Positions 39,129-48,485 of a stretch of DNA of 64,000 nucleotides are shown here, in pieces. Positions within the stretch are counted from its first letter, which is position 1; every line of letters starts with the position of its first letter. Where the stretch lies: positions 1,506-65,505 of the IMG/VR virus record IMGVR_UViG_3300032431_000007; one strand, written 5' to 3'. This DNA comes from a virus (Duplodnaviria > Caudoviricetes). Both the position numbers and the translations under genes were made by a program. Under the pieces are notes generated by a model, which worked only from the letters and a program-made list of their open reading frames with translations, did no database searches and was not told the DNA's origin.

Positions 39129-39343
39129 CACGGCAAGAAGCAGAACACGCGCTCGATGGCCACCGGCTGTTCGCAGTCATGTCGAACGGGCGGCACTGGC
39201 TGGCCCGGCGCAATGGCGCTACCAAGGTCTGGAAGACCCGTCCTGACGAGTACCGGATACCGATCAAGGTCGGTCTGAAGTCCTGTGGCTACATCACGGA
39301 TGAATCTGTCCTTGGTGAACATTTTGTTGTGAAGGAGTCCTGA
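39125..39343 (+). CDS. early hypothetical protein
   Basis: RRNGATKVWKTRP…RIPIKVGL conserved-looking motif; ATGA overlap. Confidence 0.65.
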   Translation: MTRQEAEHALDGHRLFAVMSNGRHWLARRNGATKVWKTRPDEYRIPIKVGLKSCGYITDESVLGEHFVVKES

Positions 39344-39344
39344 C

Positions 39345-39650
39345 ATGAAAAAGTTCTATGTGTTCGTCCAAGTCAATCCCAGCCAGGAGCTCCGGGAACT
39401 TTACCCGCTGGCGGCACAGTTGCGTGACACCGAGTCGAGCTTGCCTCTCGACCAGGAAGTTGGTTTTAAGGATATGGGCCACGTCCGCTCCTACTACAAC
39501 GGAATGCTCGCCGCATGGGGCCTTTCGAACGGTTATCGCCACGGCGTCGAACTGACAAGCCGTGGCTCGGTCGAGCGGAAAACGGCGGTGTATGAGAACC
39601 CCGTCAACATAATCTACAAGATGTCCGCTGTCCTGATGGCAAAGGAATGA
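39345..39650 (+). CDS. early hypothetical protein
   Basis: AAGGAG RBS. Confidence 0.65.
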   Translation: MKKFYVFVQVNPSQELRELYPLAAQLRDTESSLPLDQEVGFKDMGHVRSYYNGMLAAWGLSNGYRHGVELTSRGSVERKTAVYENPVNIIYKMSAVLMAKE

Positions 39651-39799
39651 TCGAAGTCCTTGTCCTTGTCCTGAGCCTTGTCCTACCCGGCTGTCCTTAC
39701 GAGGACAGCCGGAACTGCTACTGGAACGCGGAAACCCGCGGCAATCTTGAAGGCGACAGTTTTGTGAACGTCGCCGGATACAACCTGAGGAGTGAATAA
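39647..39799 (+). CDS. 50-aa membrane-anchored CxxEDxxNCYW protein
   Basis: Not in the ORF track; MIEVLVLVLSLVLPGCPYEDSRNCYWNAETRGNLEGDSF. Confidence 0.55.
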   Translation: MIEVLVLVLSLVLPGCPYEDSRNCYWNAETRGNLEGDSFVNVAGYNLRSE

Positions 39800-39800
39800 C

Positions 39801-40214
39801 ATGGCCCTGAACTTTGACGTATCGAATATCATCGACCATGAATACATCACAACCGCCTACAAAAAGCCTGGCGATGAAGATCCCCGGGTTCTTTGGAACC
39901 CGGTGACCGAGGCGCTGGTCTGGGCGTCGATCCCGTGCGGGTTTGATTCGATCACTATCAAAAACTTGGACGTTGTTCAATCGCGGGTCGCCATCTGGCA
40001 GCAGGTTATGGGTTCCTTGCTTACCGCCGCATTCGTGACGCACGACGACATTTCGAAGCACATCGGCCTGACTACCAACGCCTCGACCAAGACGCCACTT
40101 GTGTTCGCCGGTTACATGCTGGAGCGCCTCGCGGACAATGCCAAGCGTTCCGAGCGGGTCCAAGCGTTCAATGCGATGGACAAAATCGGTTGGAAGGGTC
40201 GCGCACCGTCCTGA
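39801..40214 (+). CDS. hypothetical protein
   Basis: GAGGAG RBS; ITIKN…HIGLTTNAS. Confidence 0.7.
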   Translation: MALNFDVSNIIDHEYITTAYKKPGDEDPRVLWNPVTEALVWASIPCGFDSITIKNLDVVQSRVAIWQQVMGSLLTAAFVTHDDISKHIGLTTNASTKTPLVFAGYMLERLADNAKRSERVQAFNAMDKIGWKGRAPS

Positions 40215-40239
40215 ACTACCCGACCTGAATCCGAAGCAA

Positions 40240-40267
40240 AGGCCGCACCGCAAGGTGTGGCCTTTTT
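40240..40267 (+). terminator. intrinsic terminator
   Basis: AGGCCGCACC-GCAA-GGTGTGGCCT followed by TTTT. Confidence 0.8.
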
Positions 40268-40386
40268 GCAACTGTCCTGCGCGGCCCTACAAGCCACCCT
40301 AGGCGGCGAAGTCGGGCTTGGCCGATAGGACTAGCGCCCTGTCCTTCCCTGCCCGGCCCTTGCCCGTCCTATCGCCCGGCGCGGGT

Positions 40387-40923
40387 CTAGGGGACGCTGG
40401 CCACCGGCTCGGCCAAAATCCCGCCGATCTTCAGCAATTCGTGGTTTTGATGCAAGCTGATCTCCGGCGGTTTCGGCGCGTTCCAATCCCGCAGGTCCGG
40501 GAAAACTTCGCTTGCCTTATGAAACGTCCGCAGCCGTTCGAGACGCATCTCGCGGCCTTCCGTCCAAAGCAAATTGTTTTTGTCTTCGTAAAAGTATTTC
40601 AAATCTAAAATCCGATCAGCTCGAAACCAAGCCGATCGGGGACTTTCTTTCCTAAGCTTTGAATCGTCCCAAAACCTTTTCCAGAAAACAATCGACTGAC
40701 GCGGGCCGACGGCCACCGTTTCGTCCTTTCCGACAAAAACCAATCCAACTCCGCAAAGCCAGCCGATCAAGTCCAGCTCCGGCCTATAACCGACTTTCCT
40801 GGCAAAAACTTCCATCGGGTTAAAATCCCGCTTAAACTCCTTTTTACCAATTCCCAGCTTAAAGTCCAACGTCGCGATATCTTCCCTTAAAGTCCAAATC
40901 TTGTCACTGTCCATCTTCACCAC
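40387..40923 (-). CDS. hypothetical protein
   Basis: 178-aa ORF with AAGG RBS. Confidence 0.5.
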   Translation of the reverse strand: MVKMDSDKIWTLREDIATLDFKLGIGKKEFKRDFNPMEVFARKVGYRPELDLIGWLCGVGLVFVGKDETVAVGPRQSIVFWKRFWDDSKLRKESPRSAWFRADRILDLKYFYEDKNNLLWTEGREMRLERLRTFHKASEVFPDLRDWNAPKPPEISLHQNHELLKIGGILAEPVASVP

Positions 40924-40929
40924 CTTTTG

Positions 40930-41480
40930 AATTGCAACATAGTTTATTTGGGCAAACCTATTTATTATAGTTATTTTTTTTTTGTTTGAATTTGGGGGCT
41001 TATGCCTGTGTAACTGTGTAAACTATACTAACTATCAGCAGTGCTAATTTACAGCCCCTCAAGTTCTTAGATTCACACACCCACATCCGCCCAAATCCGA
41101 CCACTCTCGCTTACATCCATCCTCGAGCCCAGAAGCCTGAACGCACCCGCCCGCGCGCCCGTCCACGCACTGCCCACCTAGTTACCTATTTATTCCCGTA
41201 ACCCATTGATTTCATTAGATAAAAACATAGTTGCCACCTAGTTGCCGACCTATTTATTTTGGCTAAGTCATTGTTTTTGCAGGGTTTTCCCCACATAGTC
41301 GCTCCTAACCCCTTGATTTCATGCGTTATTTATCAAATCAACCGTTCCCGCCCTGCCGATCAGCCCAATTTACCTGAATTTGACTCTAGATTTAGCCTGA
41401 ATTTGGCTTAATCCGGTTCCTGAACACGGTTCTAGGGCTTGACTTATCACCAGCAACGGTGGCCAACGGCTGAACACGAC
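40930..41480. other. AT-rich non-coding region with short repeats; candidate replication origin
   Basis: AT tract at 40940-40990; TAACCC(A/C)TTGATTTCAT twice plus TAAGTCATTGTTTT; CCACCTAGTT twice; adjacent to the primase gene. Confidence 0.45.
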
Positions 41481-41493
41481 TCTAGAAGCCGGT

Positions 41494-43968
41494 TCAAGCG
41501 TCTGGGCCCAATTCAACGACATTGTAAACATGCCAGCTCGCTTTGCCGGAGCTGTGAAACTCCCAAAGCCCTTTCTCAGAACCATATTCAGCTGCTTTGC
41601 GCATAATGTCCCCGGTTGTATGGAACCCGCGTTTACCGCCATCAACCAAACCGGCGGCCAGCTTTGAATGCTTACGGTCAGTTCCGGTTGACGTAAACAT
41701 CTGGCTGTTCATTCTGCGCTGCATAAAGGATATTTCAAAGTCCAGCTTATTTCTACCGATGTAGGTTTTCGACGGTTCTTTTTGGGAAAGCTGGTCTATC
41801 GCGTATTCGTGCATTGCGCTCAGCACTCGTTCCATCGGGTCTTCAAAGTCCGTCGAATTCACCTGCTCTGACCGCCGACTTTCATCGACTAGGGCTTGTG
41901 CCGCGTCTAGGTCTTCCAACTCAATAACGGTGGCCACCAAGTTCCTGGTCCGTGCGTGGATCAGCGCCGCCCGAAGGATCAACTGTTCGTAGCGTGTCCG
42001 CTGTGCCCAAGCCAACGATGGAACATTGTCTTTGTTTTGACGGCGGTAGGAAGTCCGCTGGTCCAGCAAGGCTTCCATTTTTGTTGCTGCTTGGGGCGAA
42101 AACGCAAAAATTCTCTTTTGATCTTGGAGTACGGGGTGCATTGCTACTGCTGGCTGCTTATCGCTCATCTGAGCCGGGTTCTCGCCGCGCAGGGCTTCGG
42201 CCGCTAACCTTTCGAACAGGTCTAGGATTTGGTCTGGGACTTGAACTGAGTCGTGCAGGACTGACTGGCCTACGTCCGAGGCGTCTATCTGGAACGACAG
42301 CTTACGGGCGGTCTCCCCGGTGGCCACCTGTTGCGTTCCTATGATCGTTTCTTTGGTCGCTTCTTCAAGGATCGAAATGTTGCTGCCGTAGGAGTCGGGC
42401 AGGATTTCGGCTAGGCCCTTGAAGGTTTTTCTTGAATAGGCCGCTTGGCTTATGTTTTGCATGTTGGCTGCGCGAACTGATTCTACGTCGCCTGCGAGTG
42501 ATTTGTTTTGGATACCTGCTTCTGACGATACTGACAGGCTTGACAGTGTTTTCAGACAGTCCAGCGCCATTCGTTTCGCGCCGTAGGTAGGCTTCAGTCC
42601 GTCCAGCGTTGACAGGTCTTTCATAAAGATTAGGTCTTGCCTCGCTAGGGCTCGTTCACGGAGGCCCTGGAGGATCATTTCGTGGGCGCGGCGGCAGCTA
42701 TCTTTTCCGGTTCCGTTGATGGCCATTACGCGGATATTCAAGACCGGCGGATTCTCCTTTAGGGAATCTTTACGTCCGGCAAATGATGCTACTAGAAGCC
42801 ATGCAAAGATGATTGCCAAGTCCCGCTGAGGATCGTTCATTACGCTGGAATAAATCCACGACGCGATGATCCTTAAGTTGCCCGTTGGTTCGGGCATCGT
42901 CGTATATTTCAGGCGAACTTTGCCGCGTGGTGGCAGCGGATTGTCTTTTAGGAATTTTTCTTGAGCTGCTTGCTTGGCTTGCATGTAACCCTGGAACAGA
43001 CGTTGGCCAACGGTTAGGTGATGGACCATGTTCTGGGCCGGGTGCGGGTCGCCTAGTTCCCAGCCGTAGCCGATTGCGTTCACGGCCTGCTGCGCTAAAT
43101 CTTTTTCACATATGTAATGGGCGAATATGTCGAAACTGTCGCCGATCCTTCCGCCCTGTGCCGGTGCGCCTAGTCCATTCGTTGCATCGGACTGCGACAG
43201 GGAGAACCACGAGCCGTCATCGTGAAGCCGGGTCGCGTAGGAGGTCGAGGTCTGGTAAGGGCTGCGCCAATTTACTTCGTCAAGGGTCTGGTAGTTCGCT
43301 AGGGCTAGAAGTTGGTGCGTCGGGTATCGGTCATTGAACCAGCCACGGGCGCCGTTGCGCGATTTTTTCAAGGAATCTGATTTGGGGGCTGTTTGGGCTT
43401 GGAGCATTAGGCTGCGGGCTAGGTCGAAGATCGGACCTTGCTGGCTTGGAATCGGCGGGCCTTCGACGATTGCGTAGTCGTAAGCAACGGAGGCCACCGG
43501 CAGGAAGATAATCTGGGATGCGTGTTCGAGGCGGCGGTCTGGAATTAGATCGTTGGACAGTATGTCCATCAGAGCGCGTTGCATCCACTGGTACTGGAAG
43601 CCGTTCATTAGGTCTTGGGTTGGAATTAGTACCCGCCAGCGGAGGGCGTCCGGGGTTGCCGAGGCTGTTGTGTAAAGAATGTAATTGTAGTAGCCGATCC
43701 GGTTTTGAAGTATCTGGATCAGGGATTCTTTGCTTACATGGCCCTCGTCCATATCGAGGACGAGGGCACAAAACTGTCCAGTTTCAAGCTGTTGGCTGCG
43801 CTTTCGGGCGCTTGGACCGTGCTCACTACTAAATATTGCCCAATAGGCTTCAGCCTTTGGTAATTGACAGGGATTCTGTAATAACCCTAGCAGGGCCTCA
43901 AATGTTGCGGTGTCATAGTCAGACGCTCTAGAGTCGTAAAGACCCTTGCCGCAGCAAAAAGTTCGCAT
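41494..43968 (-). CDS. primase-helicase-like replication protein
   Basis: AEP-like LVLDMD and YTTASAT…RWRVLIP; P-loop-like AINGTGKD in the C-terminal half. Confidence 0.75.
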   Translation of the reverse strand: MRTFCCGKGLYDSRASDYDTATFEALLGLLQNPCQLPKAEAYWAIFSSEHGPSARKRSQQLETGQFCALVLDMDEGHVSKESLIQILQNRIGYYNYILYTTASATPDALRWRVLIPTQDLMNGFQYQWMQRALMDILSNDLIPDRRLEHASQIIFLPVASVAYDYAIVEGPPIPSQQGPIFDLARSLMLQAQTAPKSDSLKKSRNGARGWFNDRYPTHQLLALANYQTLDEVNWRSPYQTSTSYATRLHDDGSWFSLSQSDATNGLGAPAQGGRIGDSFDIFAHYICEKDLAQQAVNAIGYGWELGDPHPAQNMVHHLTVGQRLFQGYMQAKQAAQEKFLKDNPLPPRGKVRLKYTTMPEPTGNLRIIASWIYSSVMNDPQRDLAIIFAWLLVASFAGRKDSLKENPPVLNIRVMAINGTGKDSCRRAHEMILQGLRERALARQDLIFMKDLSTLDGLKPTYGAKRMALDCLKTLSSLSVSSEAGIQNKSLAGDVESVRAANMQNISQAAYSRKTFKGLAEILPDSYGSNISILEEATKETIIGTQQVATGETARKLSFQIDASDVGQSVLHDSVQVPDQILDLFERLAAEALRGENPAQMSDKQPAVAMHPVLQDQKRIFAFSPQAATKMEALLDQRTSYRRQNKDNVPSLAWAQRTRYEQLILRAALIHARTRNLVATVIELEDLDAAQALVDESRRSEQVNSTDFEDPMERVLSAMHEYAIDQLSQKEPSKTYIGRNKLDFEISFMQRRMNSQMFTSTGTDRKHSKLAAGLVDGGKRGFHTTGDIMRKAAEYGSEKGLWEFHSSGKASWHVYNVVELGPDA

Positions 43969-43996
43969 GTTGTCCCTGCCTTCAGCCCTATCCTTA

Positions 43997-44105
43997 AGCA
44001 TAGGGGCAAGCCGCCCAGCGCGCAAGCCGCTATATCTAGGCCAGCTCTAGGGACAAGGCGCTAGGTGACAAGGTACTAGACCGGCCCGGCGTGACGTGCT
44101 ATAAG
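43997..44105. promoter_or_regulatory. divergent sigma70-type promoters
   Basis: (-) TTGCGC-17-TATGCT at 44025-43997; (+) TAGACC-17-TATAAG at 44077-44105. Confidence 0.5.
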
Positions 44106-44151
44106 GGGCAAGCCCCGGCACGGTGCAGCGGCCTGAACTAAGGAATCTAGA

Positions 44152-44418
44152 ATGAACTACCTTGTCACCGAAGCAAGCGATGATCTGGGCTGTAGTTACT
44201 TTAACTTTAGCGTCAGTCTTTCCGAAGCAATCGAGGAATTGAACGGCCATACATCGGACTTGCTGGACCCGAAATGCTTTGCCAACGAAGCCGATCTTAC
44301 GGCGGCGACGGCCGAGCTTGCTGCTATGAAAGCCAAGCTTGCAGAAGTATATGCGTGGGCGTCGGATACGTCACAGAAAATCTGGATCGACTGCGGCGTT
44401 GTCGGAAAGGAGGCGTAA
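44152..44418 (+). CDS. hypothetical protein
   Basis: AAGGA RBS; first gene of the operon. Confidence 0.65.
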   Translation: MNYLVTEASDDLGCSYFNFSVSLSEAIEELNGHTSDLLDPKCFANEADLTAATAELAAMKAKLAEVYAWASDTSQKIWIDCGVVGKEA

Positions 44419-44772
44419 ATGAAAGCGATCAATGTCGCGCGCCTGCGAAGGGCAATGGCGTGTTCTAATCAAGTAAACGCCCTTTACGAACTCGTTGGCG
44501 ATGAAGACGCGCCCTTGACGATCGAGTTTGCAATCGAACATGCAACCGTGTTCGCTTGGGATTGGGCCGCGTATCAGTTTCTTTCGTATGACGGCTGTAC
44601 GGAATACCGTGCCGACTGTAAGTCGTTCCGGGAGCACTATGAAAACGAATGCGATAGTGTTCGGATGCTCGATATTGATTCTGATCTACGTTATAAAATG
44701 TATAAGCCGCTAGCTGACCATTTTAACCGCTCGCGTGCGGTGCTGTTCGCAACCATCTATCTAAGAGGTTGA
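44419..44772 (+). CDS. hypothetical protein (paralog of 45140)
   Basis: INVARLR…ACS…DAPLTIEFA…FATIYL shared with 45140. Confidence 0.75.
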   Translation: MKAINVARLRRAMACSNQVNALYELVGDEDAPLTIEFAIEHATVFAWDWAAYQFLSYDGCTEYRADCKSFREHYENECDSVRMLDIDSDLRYKMYKPLADHFNRSRAVLFATIYLRG

Positions 44773-44775
44773 ATT

Positions 44776-45153
44776 ATGCAGAAGTCTGACTTCCAAAAAC
44801 GGCCCTTGTTTCACACCATCAGCCACAAGCTTCGTGATCGGGTCGGAGGCCATCAGTGCAACCTGAACCACGAATGGACCAAGGCTAATCGTAAGAAACT
44901 GCGCAGGCAGCACGTCGAGGCAATTATCCTTGGTATGCAAGAATACCACCTGATGATCGAAGCGCAGATCGAAGAGCAGAACGAAACTTATGGTTTTGAA
45001 AACTTCTTTGATGACTATTATCGAGAGCCAGAACCAGAGCCAGAACCAGAAGAAGATCCTTGGGACTATTACCCAGAACCGGAAGACTATGCAGAAGATT
45101 TTGATCCTTTCTGTGACCTGCTTGAGGAAGGATACATAGATGGAACCTATTAA
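44776..45153 (+). CDS. hypothetical protein with acidic C-terminus
   Basis: (EP)4 repeat and D/E/Y-rich tail. Confidence 0.65.
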   Translation: MQKSDFQKRPLFHTISHKLRDRVGGHQCNLNHEWTKANRKKLRRQHVEAIILGMQEYHLMIEAQIEEQNETYGFENFFDDYYREPEPEPEPEEDPWDYYPEPEDYAEDFDPFCDLLEEGYIDGTY

Positions 45154-45445
45154 CGTCGCGCGTCTAAGGAAAAAGCTAGCCTGCTCTGGCCAAGTCCAAA
45201 CCTTTATCGCCGTGGTCGGATATGGCGATGCGCCTTTGACGATCGAGTTCGCCGTCGAACACGCGGGGAAATTCGATTGGGATTGGGCCGCCGACAAACT
45301 TCTTTCGATTGACGGCTACATCGAATACACGCTGGCTTCGAGGCCGCTGTGGCTTGACTATTATACTGACGATAAGATCGAACACGCTGAATACAAGATC
45401 GGCCTCGCAAAACTGTTCGCAACCATCTACCTGAAGGATGCGTAG
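45140..45445 (+). CDS. hypothetical protein (paralog of 44419)
   Basis: See 44419. Confidence 0.75.
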   Translation: MEPINVARLRKKLACSGQVQTFIAVVGYGDAPLTIEFAVEHAGKFDWDWAADKLLSIDGYIEYTLASRPLWLDYYTDDKIEHAEYKIGLAKLFATIYLKDA

Positions 45446-45664
45446 ATGAAAACGCCTGAAATAGAACACAACAACCATAAGGCCATACGTTACAAAGTTC
45501 TTCTTTCATTTGTCTATCCTGGAAATCAGGATGGATACATGATCGAAGAATCGAGCCATGCTGACAACAAAGAACAAGCTGTTCTTGAAGTTCTCATGAA
45601 TCATATGCAAGAGCCTGCACCCCTTTCAGGCATTGCTGTTTATGAACTGATATTTACCTGCTGA
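45446..45664 (+). CDS. hypothetical protein
   Basis: AAGGA RBS. Confidence 0.55.
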   Translation: MKTPEIEHNNHKAIRYKVLLSFVYPGNQDGYMIEESSHADNKEQAVLEVLMNHMQEPAPLSGIAVYELIFTC

Positions 45665-45694
45665 AAACCAAACCATCTACCTGAAGGATACAAA

Positions 45695-45859
45695 ATGAAC
45701 TACCATGTCGCCCGAATCAAGACCGGCAGCGGTACTTACGTTCGCGTCAAGCTGACGCCGACGAATAGCTTTATCGCCGCGCAAGCCGAGGCGGTAAAGC
45801 TTGAAGCTGAACTGAGCAAGCGCAACAACTGGCCCGCTACGATAAGGATGATCGAATAA
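45695..45859 (+). CDS. 54-aa hypothetical protein
   Basis: Not in the ORF track; AAGGA RBS; TAATG overlap. Confidence 0.55.
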   Translation: MNYHVARIKTGSGTYVRVKLTPTNSFIAAQAEAVKLEAELSKRNNWPATIRMIE

Positions 45860-46197
45860 TGAATCGAAACAATTTGGACCTGCTGATCGACTCCCTCGAA
45901 GACGGCACGGTTTATGGTAAAGATGTCCGGTTTAGAATGGACTTCTTTGTTCTTGAAAATTACTGCGGGACTGCCGCCTGTCTCGCGGGGCACTGCGCGC
46001 TTCTTGGTCGCATGGAAGACTATAATCACGGCGGCGTGTTTGATTTTGCGATGGACTGGCTGGAGATTCCTTTTTCCATAGCCAAGCCTATGTTCCTGGA
46101 ACCGGGCGAGCTTAAATATGCCCAAATCACGACTGCGGTAGCGGTCAAGATGTTGGAAAACTTCCGCGCAACCAACAAAGTCGAATGGAGTCTGTAA
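45859..46197 (+). CDS. CGTxxCxAG family protein
   Basis: FRMD…CGTAACLAG…WLEI. Confidence 0.75.
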   Translation: MNRNNLDLLIDSLEDGTVYGKDVRFRMDFFVLENYCGTAACLAGHCALLGRMEDYNHGGVFDFAMDWLEIPFSIAKPMFLEPGELKYAQITTAVAVKMLENFRATNKVEWSL

Positions 46198-46469
46198 TGC
46201 CACGTTTTGTAATCAATAACAACGGCGACGACCCCGATCAACTTCGGGCCAAGTTCCAGCGGCTGTTCGATGCAGCCCTGGAAATAGAGCATGAGCTTAA
46301 GGAGATCGGGGCCAGCGCGCTGCACGGTCGGAACTATCAGACGCTTGCTTTCCATCTGGAGGCCCGCAATCAGGACATGATGGAACTTAAAGCGTTTGCC
46401 CGCGTGATTGTCGAGTTGAAGACGTGGGCCGCTGACGGTTACGCTCGGTCACAGCCGGGAGACTTTTGA
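46197..46469 (+). CDS. hypothetical protein (paralog of 46647)
   Basis: KFQxLFDA…LAFxLxARNxD…LKTW. Confidence 0.7.
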   Translation: MPRFVINNNGDDPDQLRAKFQRLFDAALEIEHELKEIGASALHGRNYQTLAFHLEARNQDMMELKAFARVIVELKTWAADGYARSQPGDF

Positions 46470-46646
46470 TGTCCGAATCTGTGGCGCGGTTAATAGTCGC
46501 CTCGATCGCAGGTTTTATCGCTGGTGTGTTCCTCTACCAGTGGATTTCCGCTTCAAACTTGGGAGACTACACGTTCGCTTTCCAAGGGTTCGTAATGTCG
46601 ATGCTTGTTATCTTCGTCGTAAAAAACTAAACTCAAGGAGACTAAA

Positions 46647-46865
46647 ATGACCGAAAGCGCGCCTAAAGAAATGGCTGTCAAATTCCAAGCGTTGTTTGAC
46701 GCGACTGTCGCTTTGGAGCACAGCCTTGCACAGCTTGTTCTGGAAGACCAGAGAGTTACGAACTGGTTGGCGTTCTTGCTGAGAGCCCGCAACCACGACA
46801 TAACAGCTATCGCAGAGCTTGCCTTCGTTTCGAACAAGCTTAAAACGTGGACAGAAGGAGACTAA
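46647..46865 (+). CDS. hypothetical protein (paralog of 46197)
   Basis: Same motif as 46197; AAGGAG RBS. Confidence 0.7.
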   Translation: MTESAPKEMAVKFQALFDATVALEHSLAQLVLEDQRVTNWLAFLLRARNHDITAIAELAFVSNKLKTWTEGD

Positions 46866-46866
46866 A

Positions 46867-47049
46867 ATGGCTGAGAACCAAAACGACCTCGTTGGGCTGG
46901 CGCAAGACGCGCTCCAAAATGGTTTTTCTCCAGACGGGGAACTTATTGTGTCCTTGATGAGGTATAGGTACGGCTTGCTCCTACCGGGGGCCGTCGAACT
47001 GCTTAATGAACTTGACGCTCGTTACAACAACTCTGTCCTGGAGGGCTAA
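46867..47049 (+). CDS. hypothetical protein
   Basis: AAGGAGACTAAAATG start, identical to the previous gene's. Confidence 0.6.
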   Translation: MAENQNDLVGLAQDALQNGFSPDGELIVSLMRYRYGLLLPGAVELLNELDARYNNSVLEG

Positions 47050-47052
47050 ACA

Positions 47053-47397
47053 ATGAACATCGACAACATGAACCTGCTGATCGCGACACTTGAAGCAGAA
47101 GTGTTCCCAGACGGAAAAGCTTTTACTTTCGATATGGCGTCGTGGATTAACAGATCGGATTGTGGAACTGTTGCTTGCATAGCCGGAACCGCTGCAATCC
47201 TCGGCGGTATGAAAGACTTGTGGTTAGGCGGCGTCAGGGACTTTGCTGCGAACTGGCTCGACATTGATCGTGCCGATTCGTATAATTTGTTTCTTTGGAC
47301 AGGAAAGTTGGACTATCACGAAATAAATCGCGATGTCGCGGTTGCCTGTCTGAAAAGATTCCGCGACACCGGCACCGTGGTTTGGCTTCGCAAATGA
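47053..47397 (+). CDS. CGTxxCxAG family protein
   Basis: FDM…CGTVACIAG…WLDI. Confidence 0.75.
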   Translation: MNIDNMNLLIATLEAEVFPDGKAFTFDMASWINRSDCGTVACIAGTAAILGGMKDLWLGGVRDFAANWLDIDRADSYNLFLWTGKLDYHEINRDVAVACLKRFRDTGTVVWLRK

Positions 47398-47774
47398 GCA
47401 ACAGTCTGTATATAAAGCTCGAAGAGCCGCTCGGGTTGGCTGTCCTTGATACGGTCGCCTATCATGAAGAAGGGTGGTTTATTATCACCCGACTAAATGT
47501 TCCTAAGCCTCACAGAGGTAAAGGACTCGCGAGAAAATTAATGCAACTTGTGTGTGACGATTTCGACTTACACGGGTACGGTATACTGCTTGAAGTAGCT
47601 CCAAGCGACGGCCTTGGATATAAGCAGCTTGTTAAGTTCTACAATAAGTTTGGGTTCAAACTTCACACCAGACTAGGGATAATGACGCGCCATCCCAGCC
47701 TCCAAAATAGGGCTGGCGTTCCGCCCCTGTCCCTGCTATGGTCTGGGGAGACGGCCCCACAACCAAGGAACTGA
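47394..47774 (+). CDS. GNAT acetyltransferase
   Basis: VPKPHRGKGLARKLM (motif A); LVKFYNKFGF. Confidence 0.85.
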   Translation: MSNSLYIKLEEPLGLAVLDTVAYHEEGWFIITRLNVPKPHRGKGLARKLMQLVCDDFDLHGYGILLEVAPSDGLGYKQLVKFYNKFGFKLHTRLGIMTRHPSLQNRAGVPPLSLLWSGETAPQPRN

Positions 47775-47990
47775 ATGATGCTAAAGATTCGCGGTAAAGG
47801 TGTCGTCAACACTGATACGCAACTCGGGGACGGGAATACAGTGATCCCGAAGGGCGTAAGGGTAAAAATTCTAAGCAATGAAGTAGACGGCAGGTTCGTG
47901 ATACATTGCTTAGATTATGTCGGAAGAAGAAAGCCCCACGGGGTTGTCACAGCAAACCATGTAACCAAGGAACTGAATAATGGCGTATGA
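47775..47990 (+). CDS. hypothetical protein
   Basis: AAGGA RBS. Confidence 0.55.
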   Translation: MMLKIRGKGVVNTDTQLGDGNTVIPKGVRVKILSNEVDGRFVIHCLDYVGRRKPHGVVTANHVTKELNNGV

Positions 47991-48210
47991 TAAAGTCGAA
48001 CTTTACGAAGTCTACAGCGACGGTCGGCCCCGCCGGTTGATGAACACCATCGACTGCGGTTCCAGGTTTACCAGCGTGAAGCCGAGCCTTACCCCGCTGG
48101 AAGCGGCGCAGGACTTGGCCAACGGTTGGAAGCAGGCGGGGCCACGCCCAGATTCCAAGTACGTCGCTCTGTGCTACGGTCGCAAATCCATCGAAGAAAG
48201 GAACCTGTGA
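47980..48210 (+). CDS. hypothetical protein
   Basis: RBS AACCAAGGAACTGAAT repeated from the previous gene. Confidence 0.6.
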   Translation: MAYDKVELYEVYSDGRPRRLMNTIDCGSRFTSVKPSLTPLEAAQDLANGWKQAGPRPDSKYVALCYGRKSIEERNL

Positions 48211-48419
48211 TGACAATGGTTGTCCACTACCCCTCCAAAAAGGAACTTAAAGCCAGCATCGGGCAAAAACTGCACTACACCGAGACCTCGATCTTTGGCC
48301 CGGAGTTTAAGGACAACGGAACATTTCCGGTGGCCAACCGTCCGCACATCACGAAGATCGGTCGCGAGTTTTTCGCGCAGGTCACGATGAAGAACGGCTT
48401 GATCGACAAGGTGGTTTGA
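48210..48419 (+). CDS. hypothetical protein
   Basis: YPSKKELKASIG…ETSIFG…REFFAQVTM, a conserved-looking small phage protein. Confidence 0.7.
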   Translation: MTMVVHYPSKKELKASIGQKLHYTETSIFGPEFKDNGTFPVANRPHITKIGREFFAQVTMKNGLIDKVV

Positions 48420-48485
48420 TTCCAGCGGTTTGGGGCAACGCGAGTTGCCCCTTTCCCGTGCAATCAAGCGCGCAAGGAAACTGCA

